The position numbers were made by a program, and so were the translations under genes. From assembly GCA_030613445.1 (NCBI GenBank), contig JAUWLY010000003.1:1-33316 (forward strand): a stretch of DNA of 33,316 nucleotides. The letters are read 5' to 3'. This DNA is from Candidatus Stahliibacteriota bacterium. Its GTDB lineage: Bacteria > Hydrothermota > Tepidihabitantia > SM23-42. The notes beneath the pieces are model-generated. The model was not told the DNA's origin. It saw only the letters and a list, made by a program, of their open reading frames with translations, and did no database searches. Shown piece by piece: positions 1 to 8,435 of the stretch (position 1 is its first letter; each line of letters starts with the position of its first letter).

Positions 1-2
1 TT

Positions 3-1685
3 AATCCTGAATATATTGAACAATGGAGCCCCATAGTAAACGAATGCGTACGACAAATGAGCATAAGCAAAAATGGTCGGGTTTTTGATAATCCTGAATA
101 TGCTATAATGGTTGATGATACGTATGCATCATATTTCGAGCCCCTGAAAGAATGGAAAACAAGAAAAGGGGTTGCCACTGAAATATTCCTCGAAAGTTGG
201 ATTCTAGCCAACTACTCTGGTGCAACCAATGAAGACAGAATCAGAAACTTCATCATTGATTATAATACAAATCATGGAACCTTCTACTTTCTGTGTGGAG
301 GTGACTGGGGCATTTTCCCGATGGAAGCAGTGACCACGGTTGATGACCCTAATACACCCAGTGATTTCTGGTATGCTGATTATGACGACGATCTATACAC
401 TGAGGCATATATTGGAAGGGCTTCAATAGGTAGTGCTGCTGAAGCAGCAACCTTTGTAAATAAGGTCCTCAAATACGAAAAAGAAACACCGACAACATGT
501 TTCCATGAAAAAATATTCCTTCCCGCTTATCTGCTGTGGAGCGGTTATGGTTGTCCGGTCAACGATACTATTGCCTTATATGATCCAATATCATGGCTTG
601 ATGCTAAGCGTTACGACGAGTTAGACCCGTTATCAACAGCCGAAATAAGTGATTCATTCAATGTCGGCTATGGTTATACAAATATCGCGGCTCACGGCGC
701 ATGGAATCAGTGGGGCGGTACCGTCTATCACACAAACTCAGATGCTGATGCCTTGACAAATGCACCGCCATTAACTGGTATTGTAACTGCAATATGCTGC
801 AATATTGGCGAGCTTGACTATAGCAGTGACTGCTATATAGAACACATGATGAATAATCCCAATGGTGGTACCGCAGCATTCTGGGGTAATAGCCGGCATG
901 GCTATGGTCAGATCGACTCTTATGGACGTTCTGAATGGCAATGCATCTGGTTCTATGATGAGTTAACCAATAATGATACATATAATATTGGTAGGACTGT
1001 TGGCGCTGTTAATGACCGGTGTGCACCTTATGCACCAGGCGATGACTATGCCTTCCACTGCATGAATTGTTGTGTGCTCTTTGGTGATCCGGAATTATGT
1101 CAATATTCCTACTATCCTGACGAGTTGACTGGCACGCACAATTCAGCCATCCCATTGGGCGCAGGGACCTTTGATGTAACCGTGACTGACACAAGAGCGC
1201 CAGTTGAGAATGCTATGGTGTGTCTATGTTGTAAGACCGACACTATGTATCGCGTCGGCTATACCAATGCATCAGGCGTTGCCAGTTTCAGTACTGATCT
1301 ATCGATAGAAGGTGATACGGTTTTCATTACTGTGACGAAAAAAGACTATAGACAGTATGAGGGTTATGCGATAGTCACGCTGGTCGGTGTCAAGGAGTGG
1401 GTTAATACTGGAATGTATGTATTCGGGCTAATGTTACCGAATCCAAATCCAGCTAAGGATCGATTAGACATTACTTACACGATTGCCAGGGATCAAAACA
1501 TTTCGCTCAGACTGTTTAATACTGCTGGCCAACTCGTAGCGACACTTGCTAGCGGTAGGAAAACTGCTGGAAAACACACGATAACTTGGCAACGTCACAC
1601 GGCGCTTTCATCTGGTATCTACTTCTTAAAACTGACCGCCGGAAAAGAGTCGGCAGTACAGAAAGTAATTTTCATTAAAGACTAA
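3..1685 (+). CDS. C25 family (gingipain-like) cysteine peptidase with C-terminal T9SS type A-like sorting domain; 5'-truncated by the window edge
   Basis: The frame is open from base 3 (NPEYIEQWSP...), so ATG 57 is probably internal. C25 motifs: PL.EWKT.KG, SDFWYAD.D.D, IGRAS, catalytic His in AAHG and Cys in ICCNIG, NPNGG.AAFWGNSR, LFGDP. C-terminal PNPNP...LSSGIYFLKL...KVIFIK. Confidence 0.88.
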   Translation, partial: NPEYIEQWSPIVNECVRQMSISKNGRVFDNPEYAIMVDDTYASYFEPLKEWKTRKGVATEIFLESWILANYSGATNEDRIRNFIIDYNTNHGTFYFLCGGDWGIFPMEAVTTVDDPNTPSDFWYADYDDDLYTEAYIGRASIGSAAEAATFVNKVLKYEKETPTTCFHEKIFLPAYLLWSGYGCPVNDTIALYDPISWLDAKRYDELDPLSTAEISDSFNVGYGYTNIAAHGAWNQWGGTVYHTNSDADALTNAPPLTGIVTAICCNIGELDYSSDCYIEHMMNNPNGGTAAFWGNSRHGYGQIDSYGRSEWQCIWFYDELTNNDTYNIGRTVGAVNDRCAPYAPGDDYAFHCMNCCVLFGDPELCQYSYYPDELTGTHNSAIPLGAGTFDVTVTDTRAPVENAMVCLCCKTDTMYRVGYTNASGVASFSTDLSIEGDTVFITVTKKDYRQYEGYAIVTLVGVKEWVNTGMYVFGLMLPNPNPAKDRLDITYTIARDQNISLRLFNTAGQLVATLASGRKTAGKHTITWQRHTALSSGIYFLKLTAGKESAVQKVIFIKD

Positions 1686-1692
1686 CCAAGAG

Positions 1693-1725
1693 AAGTCCCG
1701 CCCTTATCAGGGCGGGACTTTTTTT
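1693..1725 (+). terminator. Rho-independent terminator
   Basis: Perfect 12-bp stem AAGTCCCGCCCT-tatc-AGGGCGGGACTT running into a T-tract, just after the C25 stop codon. Confidence 0.9.
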
Positions 1726-1760
1726 ATCAAGTAACATAAGGTCCAGCACCCCTGCTTCCT

Positions 1761-2285
1761 GTGAAAACAGCAATCAGAAACTTTACCGCCAGTCTAATCA
1801 TTATCATCTTGTCTATTTGTGCAGTTTACCTTTCCTTTTCTTCAAAACATCAAGAAATCGAAATTTCGTATCCTGCAGACACCTATTTCAAAAAAGGTCT
1901 TGGTTTCTTGTCTCTTAACTCTCTACCCCCTGCAGCAAGGGCTTTCAAATCAGCCATTGTCTATCAACCGTCTTTTGCCCCATTCCATTATTATCTTGCT
2001 CTTGTATACGAAAGACAAAATAGATATGAACAAGCACTAAATGAATACCATAAGGTCACAGAAATCGACCCTGAATTCTACCGGGCATTCCACAACCTCG
2101 GTAAGATGCTCGGGAATGCTAAAGAATATCATTCTGCCATTACTGCACTTAGACGGGCAGTACAACTTAACCCCTATTATGTTAGCGCATTCAATGATCT
2201 GGCCAAAATGTATGTTAAAATTGGAGATTCTGAAAGTGCAGAAAAGATCTATGATTACCTGAAAAGGCTTAGCCTGGATGAATAA
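1761..2285 (+). CDS. Membrane-anchored tetratricopeptide repeat protein
   Basis: GTG start, N-terminal hydrophobic helix, about 4 TPR units (HYYLALVY...A...Y..V.E.DP; HNLG..L.....Y..A...L.RAV.LNP). Overlaps the next gene by 8 bp. Confidence 0.85.
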   Translation: MKTAIRNFTASLIIIILSICAVYLSFSSKHQEIEISYPADTYFKKGLGFLSLNSLPPAARAFKSAIVYQPSFAPFHYYLALVYERQNRYEQALNEYHKVTEIDPEFYRAFHNLGKMLGNAKEYHSAITALRRAVQLNPYYVSAFNDLAKMYVKIGDSESAEKIYDYLKRLSLDE

Positions 2286-4137
2286 GATCATCACAAAAGA
2301 ACGGGTACTCCTTGTTCTCATTTTTCTGTTTATGGTAGGGTTCAAGGTGCAGGCTATTTACCGTGGTCAAAATTTCAATCTAAAAGACGATACCGGGTTT
2401 TTTTGGACCGAGTCAGCGCTCCAGCAAAGAACTGCCAGATTAATAGCGACCAATGGTCGGCTGCCGACATCAGACAAAAAAGCTCAATACCCTGAAGGAT
2501 TAGAATATCAAACTCGGTTGACTGTTCTCATGGAGATTACTTCGGGCTATATCTATAGATTGTTTATTCCAAAAACCGTGCCCTTTCACTTTTATCTCAT
2601 TATTTTTATATCAATCTGGTCTTCTTTGTCGATCATACCTCTTTATTTGTCAATAGATTTATTGACCAGAAATAAGATCTCGAGTTTGTTTGGATGCATG
2701 TTCTATGCTTTAACACCTGCTGTTTTTATCACAGTAACCGCACCCGCTTTTGAATTACAGGATTTTGCTCTGCCTTTAATTTTTACCCATTTATATCTCT
2801 TCGCACGTGCCATGAAGACAAATAAAACTGTGAGGTATTCTTATGCAGCTCTATCAGGTGCGTTCTTGTTTGTTGCACTGATTTCATGGCACCTTGCCCA
2901 GTTTTACTACGCGCTATTCGTGCTGTTTATTATTATCCTCGCATTCTTTACGCCAGCAACAGATATAAAATCATTTTACGTGATCGCGGGCATGAGTACC
3001 TTAGCCGGTTTGCTGGTCCCAGTACTCCAAACAGCCGGTTTCTTGTTTTCTTTTTCCATGCTCATGTCTTATGGCGTTATTGTCAGTTTGTTAATCCCAG
3101 GCAAAAATGTTCTGTTAAGAAGAATATCCTTATTAGTATTCGTCGGCATAGCAGTTGTTTTAACAATACTTGTTGCAACCGTAAGAATCCCAGAATACAG
3201 CTATGTCTATGGTCTAATGCTCGAAAAAATAAAACATTTCGGCATAAGACCTGGTGACCCAGCAAAGCTATCATGGGAAACTCTCGTCATGTGGGTTTCG
3301 CCATTTACAAGTCCTTCGATCAAGGAAATATTTTTATTTATTGGTATGCTTTTAGTTGTCGGACTTGGCGGGATGGTTATAAATCTAAAAAACCTTTTCA
3401 AGAAAATGATCAATACCTACGATGGGCTTTTTCTTTTCTTCACCGCGGCATTTCTTCCCTTGTATCTTTTGCTCATTAGGTTGGATGCTTTCCTCATCTG
3501 GTTTTTGTCATTACAAGCTGCATATGTGTTCCGATTTCAAAAAAAGGGTCTTCGTCTTGTCCTTTTATTATCTTTGTGTATCAATGCTCTTCTCCTCTTT
3601 AACCAACCACTAAAAATACTTGGGCCAGAGCACAATTATTTGCTCGGAGTTATTAAGTATATCAGAAATACAACACCAGCAGATGCGGTCGTGCTGACCA
3701 GTTTTGCCTACGGACCATCAATAATTACTTATGCAGAACGATCAATAATACTCCATCCTAAATTTGAAGCCAAGAATATGACTGCAAAAGTAAAGTCGTT
3801 CGAGCACAGCATCTTCGAGTCTGAAGCTGAGTTCTATGAATACTGTATGACTTATGGAGCACATTATTTTATATATCAGGCTGACATGCTATTGGCGCAC
3901 GGTTCTGAATCTATTAGATATCGTACTCACAACCTGATTCTAAATAGAGACTGTATTGCCTATAAATTGCATTTTCAACCAAGGCACCTGGACCATTTTG
4001 AACTAATATACTCAAACCCGCATTATAGGGTATACCGCATTCTGAAGCCGGGTGATTGGCGACACGACAGATCAAGTGAGTATTTCAGAATCTATGATGA
4101 AAAAATAGTTGATTTAAGCACCTTGGGAATATCGTAA
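2278..4137 (+). CDS. GT-C fold multi-pass membrane glycosyltransferase, DPY19 (C-mannosyltransferase)-like, distantly STT3-like
   Basis: About 12-13 hydrophobic segments plus a soluble C-terminal domain. Motifs FWTES, D..AQYP.G, QDFALP, WHLAQF, LLIRL, YIR.TTP.DAV and IILHPKFE are collinear with DPY19 motifs recalled from memory. No STT3 WWDYG motif. Confidence 0.7.
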   Translation: MNKIITKERVLLVLIFLFMVGFKVQAIYRGQNFNLKDDTGFFWTESALQQRTARLIATNGRLPTSDKKAQYPEGLEYQTRLTVLMEITSGYIYRLFIPKTVPFHFYLIIFISIWSSLSIIPLYLSIDLLTRNKISSLFGCMFYALTPAVFITVTAPAFELQDFALPLIFTHLYLFARAMKTNKTVRYSYAALSGAFLFVALISWHLAQFYYALFVLFIIILAFFTPATDIKSFYVIAGMSTLAGLLVPVLQTAGFLFSFSMLMSYGVIVSLLIPGKNVLLRRISLLVFVGIAVVLTILVATVRIPEYSYVYGLMLEKIKHFGIRPGDPAKLSWETLVMWVSPFTSPSIKEIFLFIGMLLVVGLGGMVINLKNLFKKMINTYDGLFLFFTAAFLPLYLLLIRLDAFLIWFLSLQAAYVFRFQKKGLRLVLLLSLCINALLLFNQPLKILGPEHNYLLGVIKYIRNTTPADAVVLTSFAYGPSIITYAERSIILHPKFEAKNMTAKVKSFEHSIFESEAEFYEYCMTYGAHYFIYQADMLLAHGSESIRYRTHNLILNRDCIAYKLHFQPRHLDHFELIYSNPHYRVYRILKPGDWRHDRSSEYFRIYDEKIVDLSTLGIS

Positions 4138-4147
4138 AGAGTTCTTT

Positions 4148-5020
4148 GTGGAAAGATTGAAATATTATTTTAAATCCGTGCGCTGGTTTGAAATCGCTGT
4201 GCGCATGGGTGCACCGGCTATTGCAATCCTTATCGCTCTACAAGAATTCAATCTGGTCACGGGTTTCAAAACACTGCATGCTTTCATTGCCTTTTTTCTT
4301 TTATGGGCACATGGTTACGCATTCAATGAATGGGGTGGATATAGTTTTGACAAACTGGATGCGTCAAAAGCAAAAACGCCACTCCTTGCCGGGCATGTGT
4401 CTTCCAATGAATTTCTGATTCTTTCAATTACCTTTGCTGCGATCAGCGTTGTCCTATATGCAATGCTGGATACGAAGTTTCTTATTATTGTCTTCTTTGA
4501 TATTATTATGGGGATTTTATATGTGCATCCAAAGATACTCTTAAAGAATGTACCGATAGCCTCTTTTGTGATCCTCTTTATCGTCTCGGTAAATGATTTC
4601 TTGCTCGGCTGGTTAGTTTTCTCGCCGAGTATTACACAAGGATTGTTGATTGGAATGTATTTTGGCCTATTAGGTATCACTGGACAGCATTTTCATGAGG
4701 CAGGCGATTGTGATTCTGATAAGAAAGCAAATATCAGGACTAATGCAGTAAGATTTGGTAAGAAAAATATCTTTATCATGGGGTTCACCTTCTATACACT
4801 TTCCTGCATATATTTTATACTTCTTTCACTCCTCAAAATCATCCCGCAATATTTATACATTGTGCTCTTAATAACCTACCCGGTTTATTTTGTCATCTTC
4901 TACAAATGTTTGAAATCCAGTATGGGCTCTTCAGATATACACTGCTTTGTTAAAAGATATCGACAACTCTATGGATTTATTGGACTATGTTTTATACTCC
5001 AGTTGCTTTTTGGGATTTAA
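4148..5020 (+). CDS. UbiA family prenyltransferase
   Basis: Multi-TM protein with the two acidic UbiA motifs in variant form: YAFNEWGGYSFD...K.KTPL..G and HEAGDCDSDKKANIRTNAVRFG. Confidence 0.8.
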   Translation: MERLKYYFKSVRWFEIAVRMGAPAIAILIALQEFNLVTGFKTLHAFIAFFLLWAHGYAFNEWGGYSFDKLDASKAKTPLLAGHVSSNEFLILSITFAAISVVLYAMLDTKFLIIVFFDIIMGILYVHPKILLKNVPIASFVILFIVSVNDFLLGWLVFSPSITQGLLIGMYFGLLGITGQHFHEAGDCDSDKKANIRTNAVRFGKKNIFIMGFTFYTLSCIYFILLSLLKIIPQYLYIVLLITYPVYFVIFYKCLKSSMGSSDIHCFVKRYRQLYGFIGLCFILQLLFGI

Positions 5021-5075
5021 ATATCGAATAAAGATTTATCTCCATTAGTGATATAATATTAGATTGTATGAAATT

Positions 5076-6014
5076 TTATTCTGAACTGAGATCATCAGTC
5101 CATTCAGGCACTGCAGCCCTGAATATCGTATCTATGGTCTGTCTGAAACCCTCATCAAGTCCGCATCTTTCTAACTCGGTCAAAGCGTATCTGTATTCTT
5201 TAGTAGTGATACGCCGGTTTATCTCAGGAGCCTGACTGGCTTTATAGGTTGGATAGTACTGGGCCATAACGTTTACAACAGTATGGGCTGAGAGGTGTTG
5301 ACTGACAAACTTAAAGCATATCCTACTGCCGGCGATATCGTTGGGCAATACAAGATGTCTTATCAGAAGACCTCGTTGGGCAATGCCATTTTTTACTTTC
5401 AAATCACCTACCTGTCGATACATCTCTCGCAGCGCTGGTCTCACAATATCCCAGTAATCTGGCACTATTGAATATTTTTCAGCGTGTTTATTATCAGCAT
5501 ACTTAATATCCGGCATATAGATATCAATGACCCCTTCAAGCAGCTTAAGGGTTTCAAGAGATTCATAACCACCGCAATTATAGACGATGGGGATGTTCAA
5601 TCCCTTGTCTTGTGCAATCGCTAGCGCCTTCACGATCTGCGGTACCCATGGCGTCGGTGTCACAAAATTTATGTTGTGGCAACCCAGATTCTGTAACTTA
5701 ATCATCATTTCGCCAAGCTCTTCCAGTGTCCTCTCTCGACCCATGCCGAGTTGACTGATTTGATGATTTTGGCAGAATACGCAATGCAAATTGCAGTTAG
5801 TGAAAAAAATCGTTCCCGAACCATATCTTCCTACAAGTGGCGGCTCTTCTCCAAAATGTTGATGAAATGATGAAATTTTAACTTTTATCCCGGCACTGCA
5901 ATTACCGCTTTCGCCATCCAACCTTTTAACCTTGCATGCGCGTGGACAAATCCGACAAGGCGAAAGCAACTCATATAATTCGTCAACCAGTTCCTTGGTG
6001 ACCTTTTTTCCCAT
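5076..6014 (-). CDS. Radical SAM protein, PflX-like (putative pyruvate formate-lyase activating enzyme family)
   Basis: CRICPRAC, HFGEEPPL.G..GSGTIFF, CNLHCVFCQN (CxxxCxxC), GCHNINFVTP, DIYMPD.KY, RHLVLP, MAQYYP. Confidence 0.9.
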   Translation of the reverse strand: MGKKVTKELVDELYELLSPCRICPRACKVKRLDGESGNCSAGIKVKISSFHQHFGEEPPLVGRYGSGTIFFTNCNLHCVFCQNHQISQLGMGRERTLEELGEMMIKLQNLGCHNINFVTPTPWVPQIVKALAIAQDKGLNIPIVYNCGGYESLETLKLLEGVIDIYMPDIKYADNKHAEKYSIVPDYWDIVRPALREMYRQVGDLKVKNGIAQRGLLIRHLVLPNDIAGSRICFKFVSQHLSAHTVVNVMAQYYPTYKASQAPEINRRITTKEYRYALTELERCGLDEGFRQTIDTIFRAAVPEWTDDLSSE

Positions 6015-7128
6015 TTTTGCCTTCTTGCTTTACCCCTTGTCGCCTTCTCTTCACCCTCTTTAAGCCCTCTTTCCGCCCTCTGTTGTTGTATCCATATTTG
6101 TAGTAAGCGGCACAGGAACCTTCAGATGACACCATGCAAGGACCAACCGGGGTCAATGGAGTACATTTCTTGCCATACAATTTGCACTCGACTGGCAGAC
6201 TTATCCCCAGCAGAACTTTGCCGCAAATACATCCCTTGGGGATAACCGATTTCGGTACTTCTACTGAAAATCTTTTCAATGCATCATATTTGCGATATCG
6301 GATCTTGAAAGCCAATCCTGATTTGCTAATCAAACCAATACCACGCCAGTTTGCATCGCATGGTTCACAGACTGTATATAATATCTCAAGCGCCTTCTGG
6401 TTGCCTTCTGGTTTGACAACCTTGCTATACTCAATAGTGATTTCTGCCTTCTTATCTGTCAGTTGCTTTACGAGATTCAAAATGCCGCGCAGGATATCGA
6501 CCGGTTCAAACCCCGTAACACAAGCAGGCATATGGTATTGTCTCGACAGAAACTCATAAGGTTTAGTACCGATTATCGCGGATACGTGACCAGGTAAAAT
6601 AAATCCTTGAACATTTATACGCGGTGAACTAGCAATGAAATCTAAAGCTGGTGGTATCAGTTTAAGAGCCGGCAAAACATAAAAGTTACTGATCCCCCTT
6701 GTTTCAGCAGCCAAGATAGTTGCAGCAATTGTTGGCGACGTGGTCTCAAAACCGACGCCGATAAAAACAATATCTTTGCTCTTATTGCCTTCGGCAATAC
6801 TCAAAGCATCCAGAGGTGAATATACTAGTTTTGGCGCATAAGGTTCTAAGCTCGATACAGTACCAGGTACGCGTACCATATCACCAAAAGTTACGATAAG
6901 AATATTCTTGTCTTGAGCAAGTTTGATGGCATAATCTATGGTTTCCTGAGCAGTAACACAGACTGGACAACCAGGACCTGATAATAATTTCAATTGTTCA
7001 GGCATCATTGTTCTGATACCAGAACGGGCAATTGACATGGTGTGAGTACCACAGACTTCCATTAGACTAATTTGCTCAGCGCTCAAATCGGATATTGTCC
7101 GAACGATCTTTGAGATAATATTATCCAT
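5983..7128 (-). CDS. hypD: Hydrogenase maturation protein HypD
   Basis: MEVCGTHT, GPGCPVCV, TFGDMVRVPG, GFETT.P, PGHVS, C.CG..L.G...P.EC..YG..CTP..PVGPCMVSSEGSCAAYY. Start is ATG 7128 or TTG 7131. Confidence 0.96.
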   Translation of the reverse strand: MDNIISKIVRTISDLSAEQISLMEVCGTHTMSIARSGIRTMMPEQLKLLSGPGCPVCVTAQETIDYAIKLAQDKNILIVTFGDMVRVPGTVSSLEPYAPKLVYSPLDALSIAEGNKSKDIVFIGVGFETTSPTIAATILAAETRGISNFYVLPALKLIPPALDFIASSPRINVQGFILPGHVSAIIGTKPYEFLSRQYHMPACVTGFEPVDILRGILNLVKQLTDKKAEITIEYSKVVKPEGNQKALEILYTVCEPCDANWRGIGLISKSGLAFKIRYRKYDALKRFSVEVPKSVIPKGCICGKVLLGISLPVECKLYGKKCTPLTPVGPCMVSSEGSCAAYYKYGYNNRGRKEGLKRVKRRRQGVKQEGKNGKKGHQGTG

Positions 7129-7158
7129 CAATCTACTAATTCGGCTTGTGCTAAATGA

Positions 7159-8364
7159 TTATATCTTTTCAATTTTTGGATGGTGTAGCTTGACTGTATT
7201 TCGACCTGCTCCCTTTGCGTCATAGAGCGCGGCGTCTGCTAATCTAATAAGCTCTACAGCTGATGTTGCATCATCCGGATAAGAGGAAACACCTGCCGAG
7301 AAAGTCACCTGCACTTTTTGTTTGCCGCGTGCGAAATCGTACATCTCGAGGTCATGGAGTAGATTTCCAAGAATTCTGGCGGCTTCTTGCTTTTTTATTT
7401 CAGGACACATAACAATGAATTCATCACCACCGTATCGAGCAACTGTATCAGTTTCTGAAAAATGCTTTTCGAAAATCTTAGCTAACTGGATCAGAAGGTG
7501 GTCTCCGGCCTGGTGCCCGTAGGTATCGTTGTATTCCTTGAATTTATCAAGGTCGATAATAGCCACTGAAAGATGGTGTTGAAATCTCTTGGAACGTTCT
7601 AATTCGTTGATCAATAATTCTTTGAAGTAGCCGATGTTGTATATTTTTGTCAGTGGATCAGTATGTGCGGTAAATGTGATATCTGCAAAACTCCTGGTAT
7701 TATTAAGAGCAACACCAGCAATACTTGCAACAACACCTAATAGGTTCTTCTCGCGTTCATCCAGGTCCTTCTTACGAATAATGGCAATAACTCCAAACCT
7801 TTTCTCTTGAAAGAAAATAGGGTAACAGATATCAGGTTCGAATACAGGAAAGGGCTCGGTCAAACCTAGTATGGCAAATTCATGTCTGGTAATAGTATGT
7901 TTTTCCTTGAAACTAACACCCACCTTACCCATTCTTTTTTTATCATCCAGTTCATAGACGAGTTTGGGCAACCAATTATCATTGAGCCCTTGGTGCGCAA
8001 CAACAGTAAGCCTTTTATTTCGCTGATCAGCAAGGAATACAGCCGTTCCTTTTGGATCAAGGCAATTGATCAACAAATCTTTGATTTCTTCTGCAATTTC
8101 TTCTGGATTAAGTCTTGAAGTAAGCCTTATCATTGATGCAAAGAATAAGTTATCCACAGAGCCTATCCGCCTTAGTTCTTCACGTAGATGAAGATTCTCT
8201 TTCTTGTGCCGATCCAGTTCATCAGCAAGAATTTCAACGCTATTCAGGGCCGATGTTTTCTTCCTTGTTTTAGACAAAACAACAATGAGAATTATAACAA
8301 TACTCAGAGAAAAAACGGCAATGATTAGTTGAACAAAGAGTCCTATGTCCATATTTATGTCCAT
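7159..8364 (-). CDS. Membrane-anchored GAF-GGDEF diguanylate cyclase
   Basis: N-terminal TM helix, coiled coil, GAF-like region, then TDPLT..YN, IDLDKFK.YND.YGH.AGD, ARYGGDEF, T.SAGVS, ADAALY.AK..GRN. Confidence 0.92.
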   Translation of the reverse strand: MDINMDIGLFVQLIIAVFSLSIVIILIVVLSKTRKKTSALNSVEILADELDRHKKENLHLREELRRIGSVDNLFFASMIRLTSRLNPEEIAEEIKDLLINCLDPKGTAVFLADQRNKRLTVVAHQGLNDNWLPKLVYELDDKKRMGKVGVSFKEKHTITRHEFAILGLTEPFPVFEPDICYPIFFQEKRFGVIAIIRKKDLDEREKNLLGVVASIAGVALNNTRSFADITFTAHTDPLTKIYNIGYFKELLINELERSKRFQHHLSVAIIDLDKFKEYNDTYGHQAGDHLLIQLAKIFEKHFSETDTVARYGGDEFIVMCPEIKKQEAARILGNLLHDLEMYDFARGKQKVQVTFSAGVSSYPDDATSAVELIRLADAALYDAKGAGRNTVKLHHPKIEKI

Positions 8365-8369
8365 ATTTA

Positions 8370-8397
8370 ATTCTATTTATTTTACCTCTTGTGTCAA
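8370..8397 (-). promoter_or_regulatory. sigma70-type promoter for the GGDEF gene (probably leaderless)
   Basis: Minus strand TTGACA-16 nt-TAGAAT, then 5 nt to ATG 8364. Confidence 0.75.
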
Positions 8398-8402
8398 TAT
8401 TA

Positions 8403-8430
8403 TTGACAATTTTTACCCCCGGTGTATAAT
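8403..8430 (+). promoter_or_regulatory. sigma70-type promoter for the M55 peptidase gene (probably leaderless)
   Basis: TTGACA-16 nt-TATAAT, then 5 nt to ATG 8436. Back-to-back with the divergent promoter. Confidence 0.8.
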
Positions 8431-8435
8431 GGAAA

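Noticed and set aside
1696-1717. Terminator hairpin as another TCCCG...CGGGA element
   Set aside because: Its position after a stop codon, the extended stem and the T-tract are fully explained by an intrinsic terminator.
2278-4137. Canonical STT3/PglB oligosaccharyltransferase
   Set aside because: WWDYG is absent and the other motifs fit DPY19 better.
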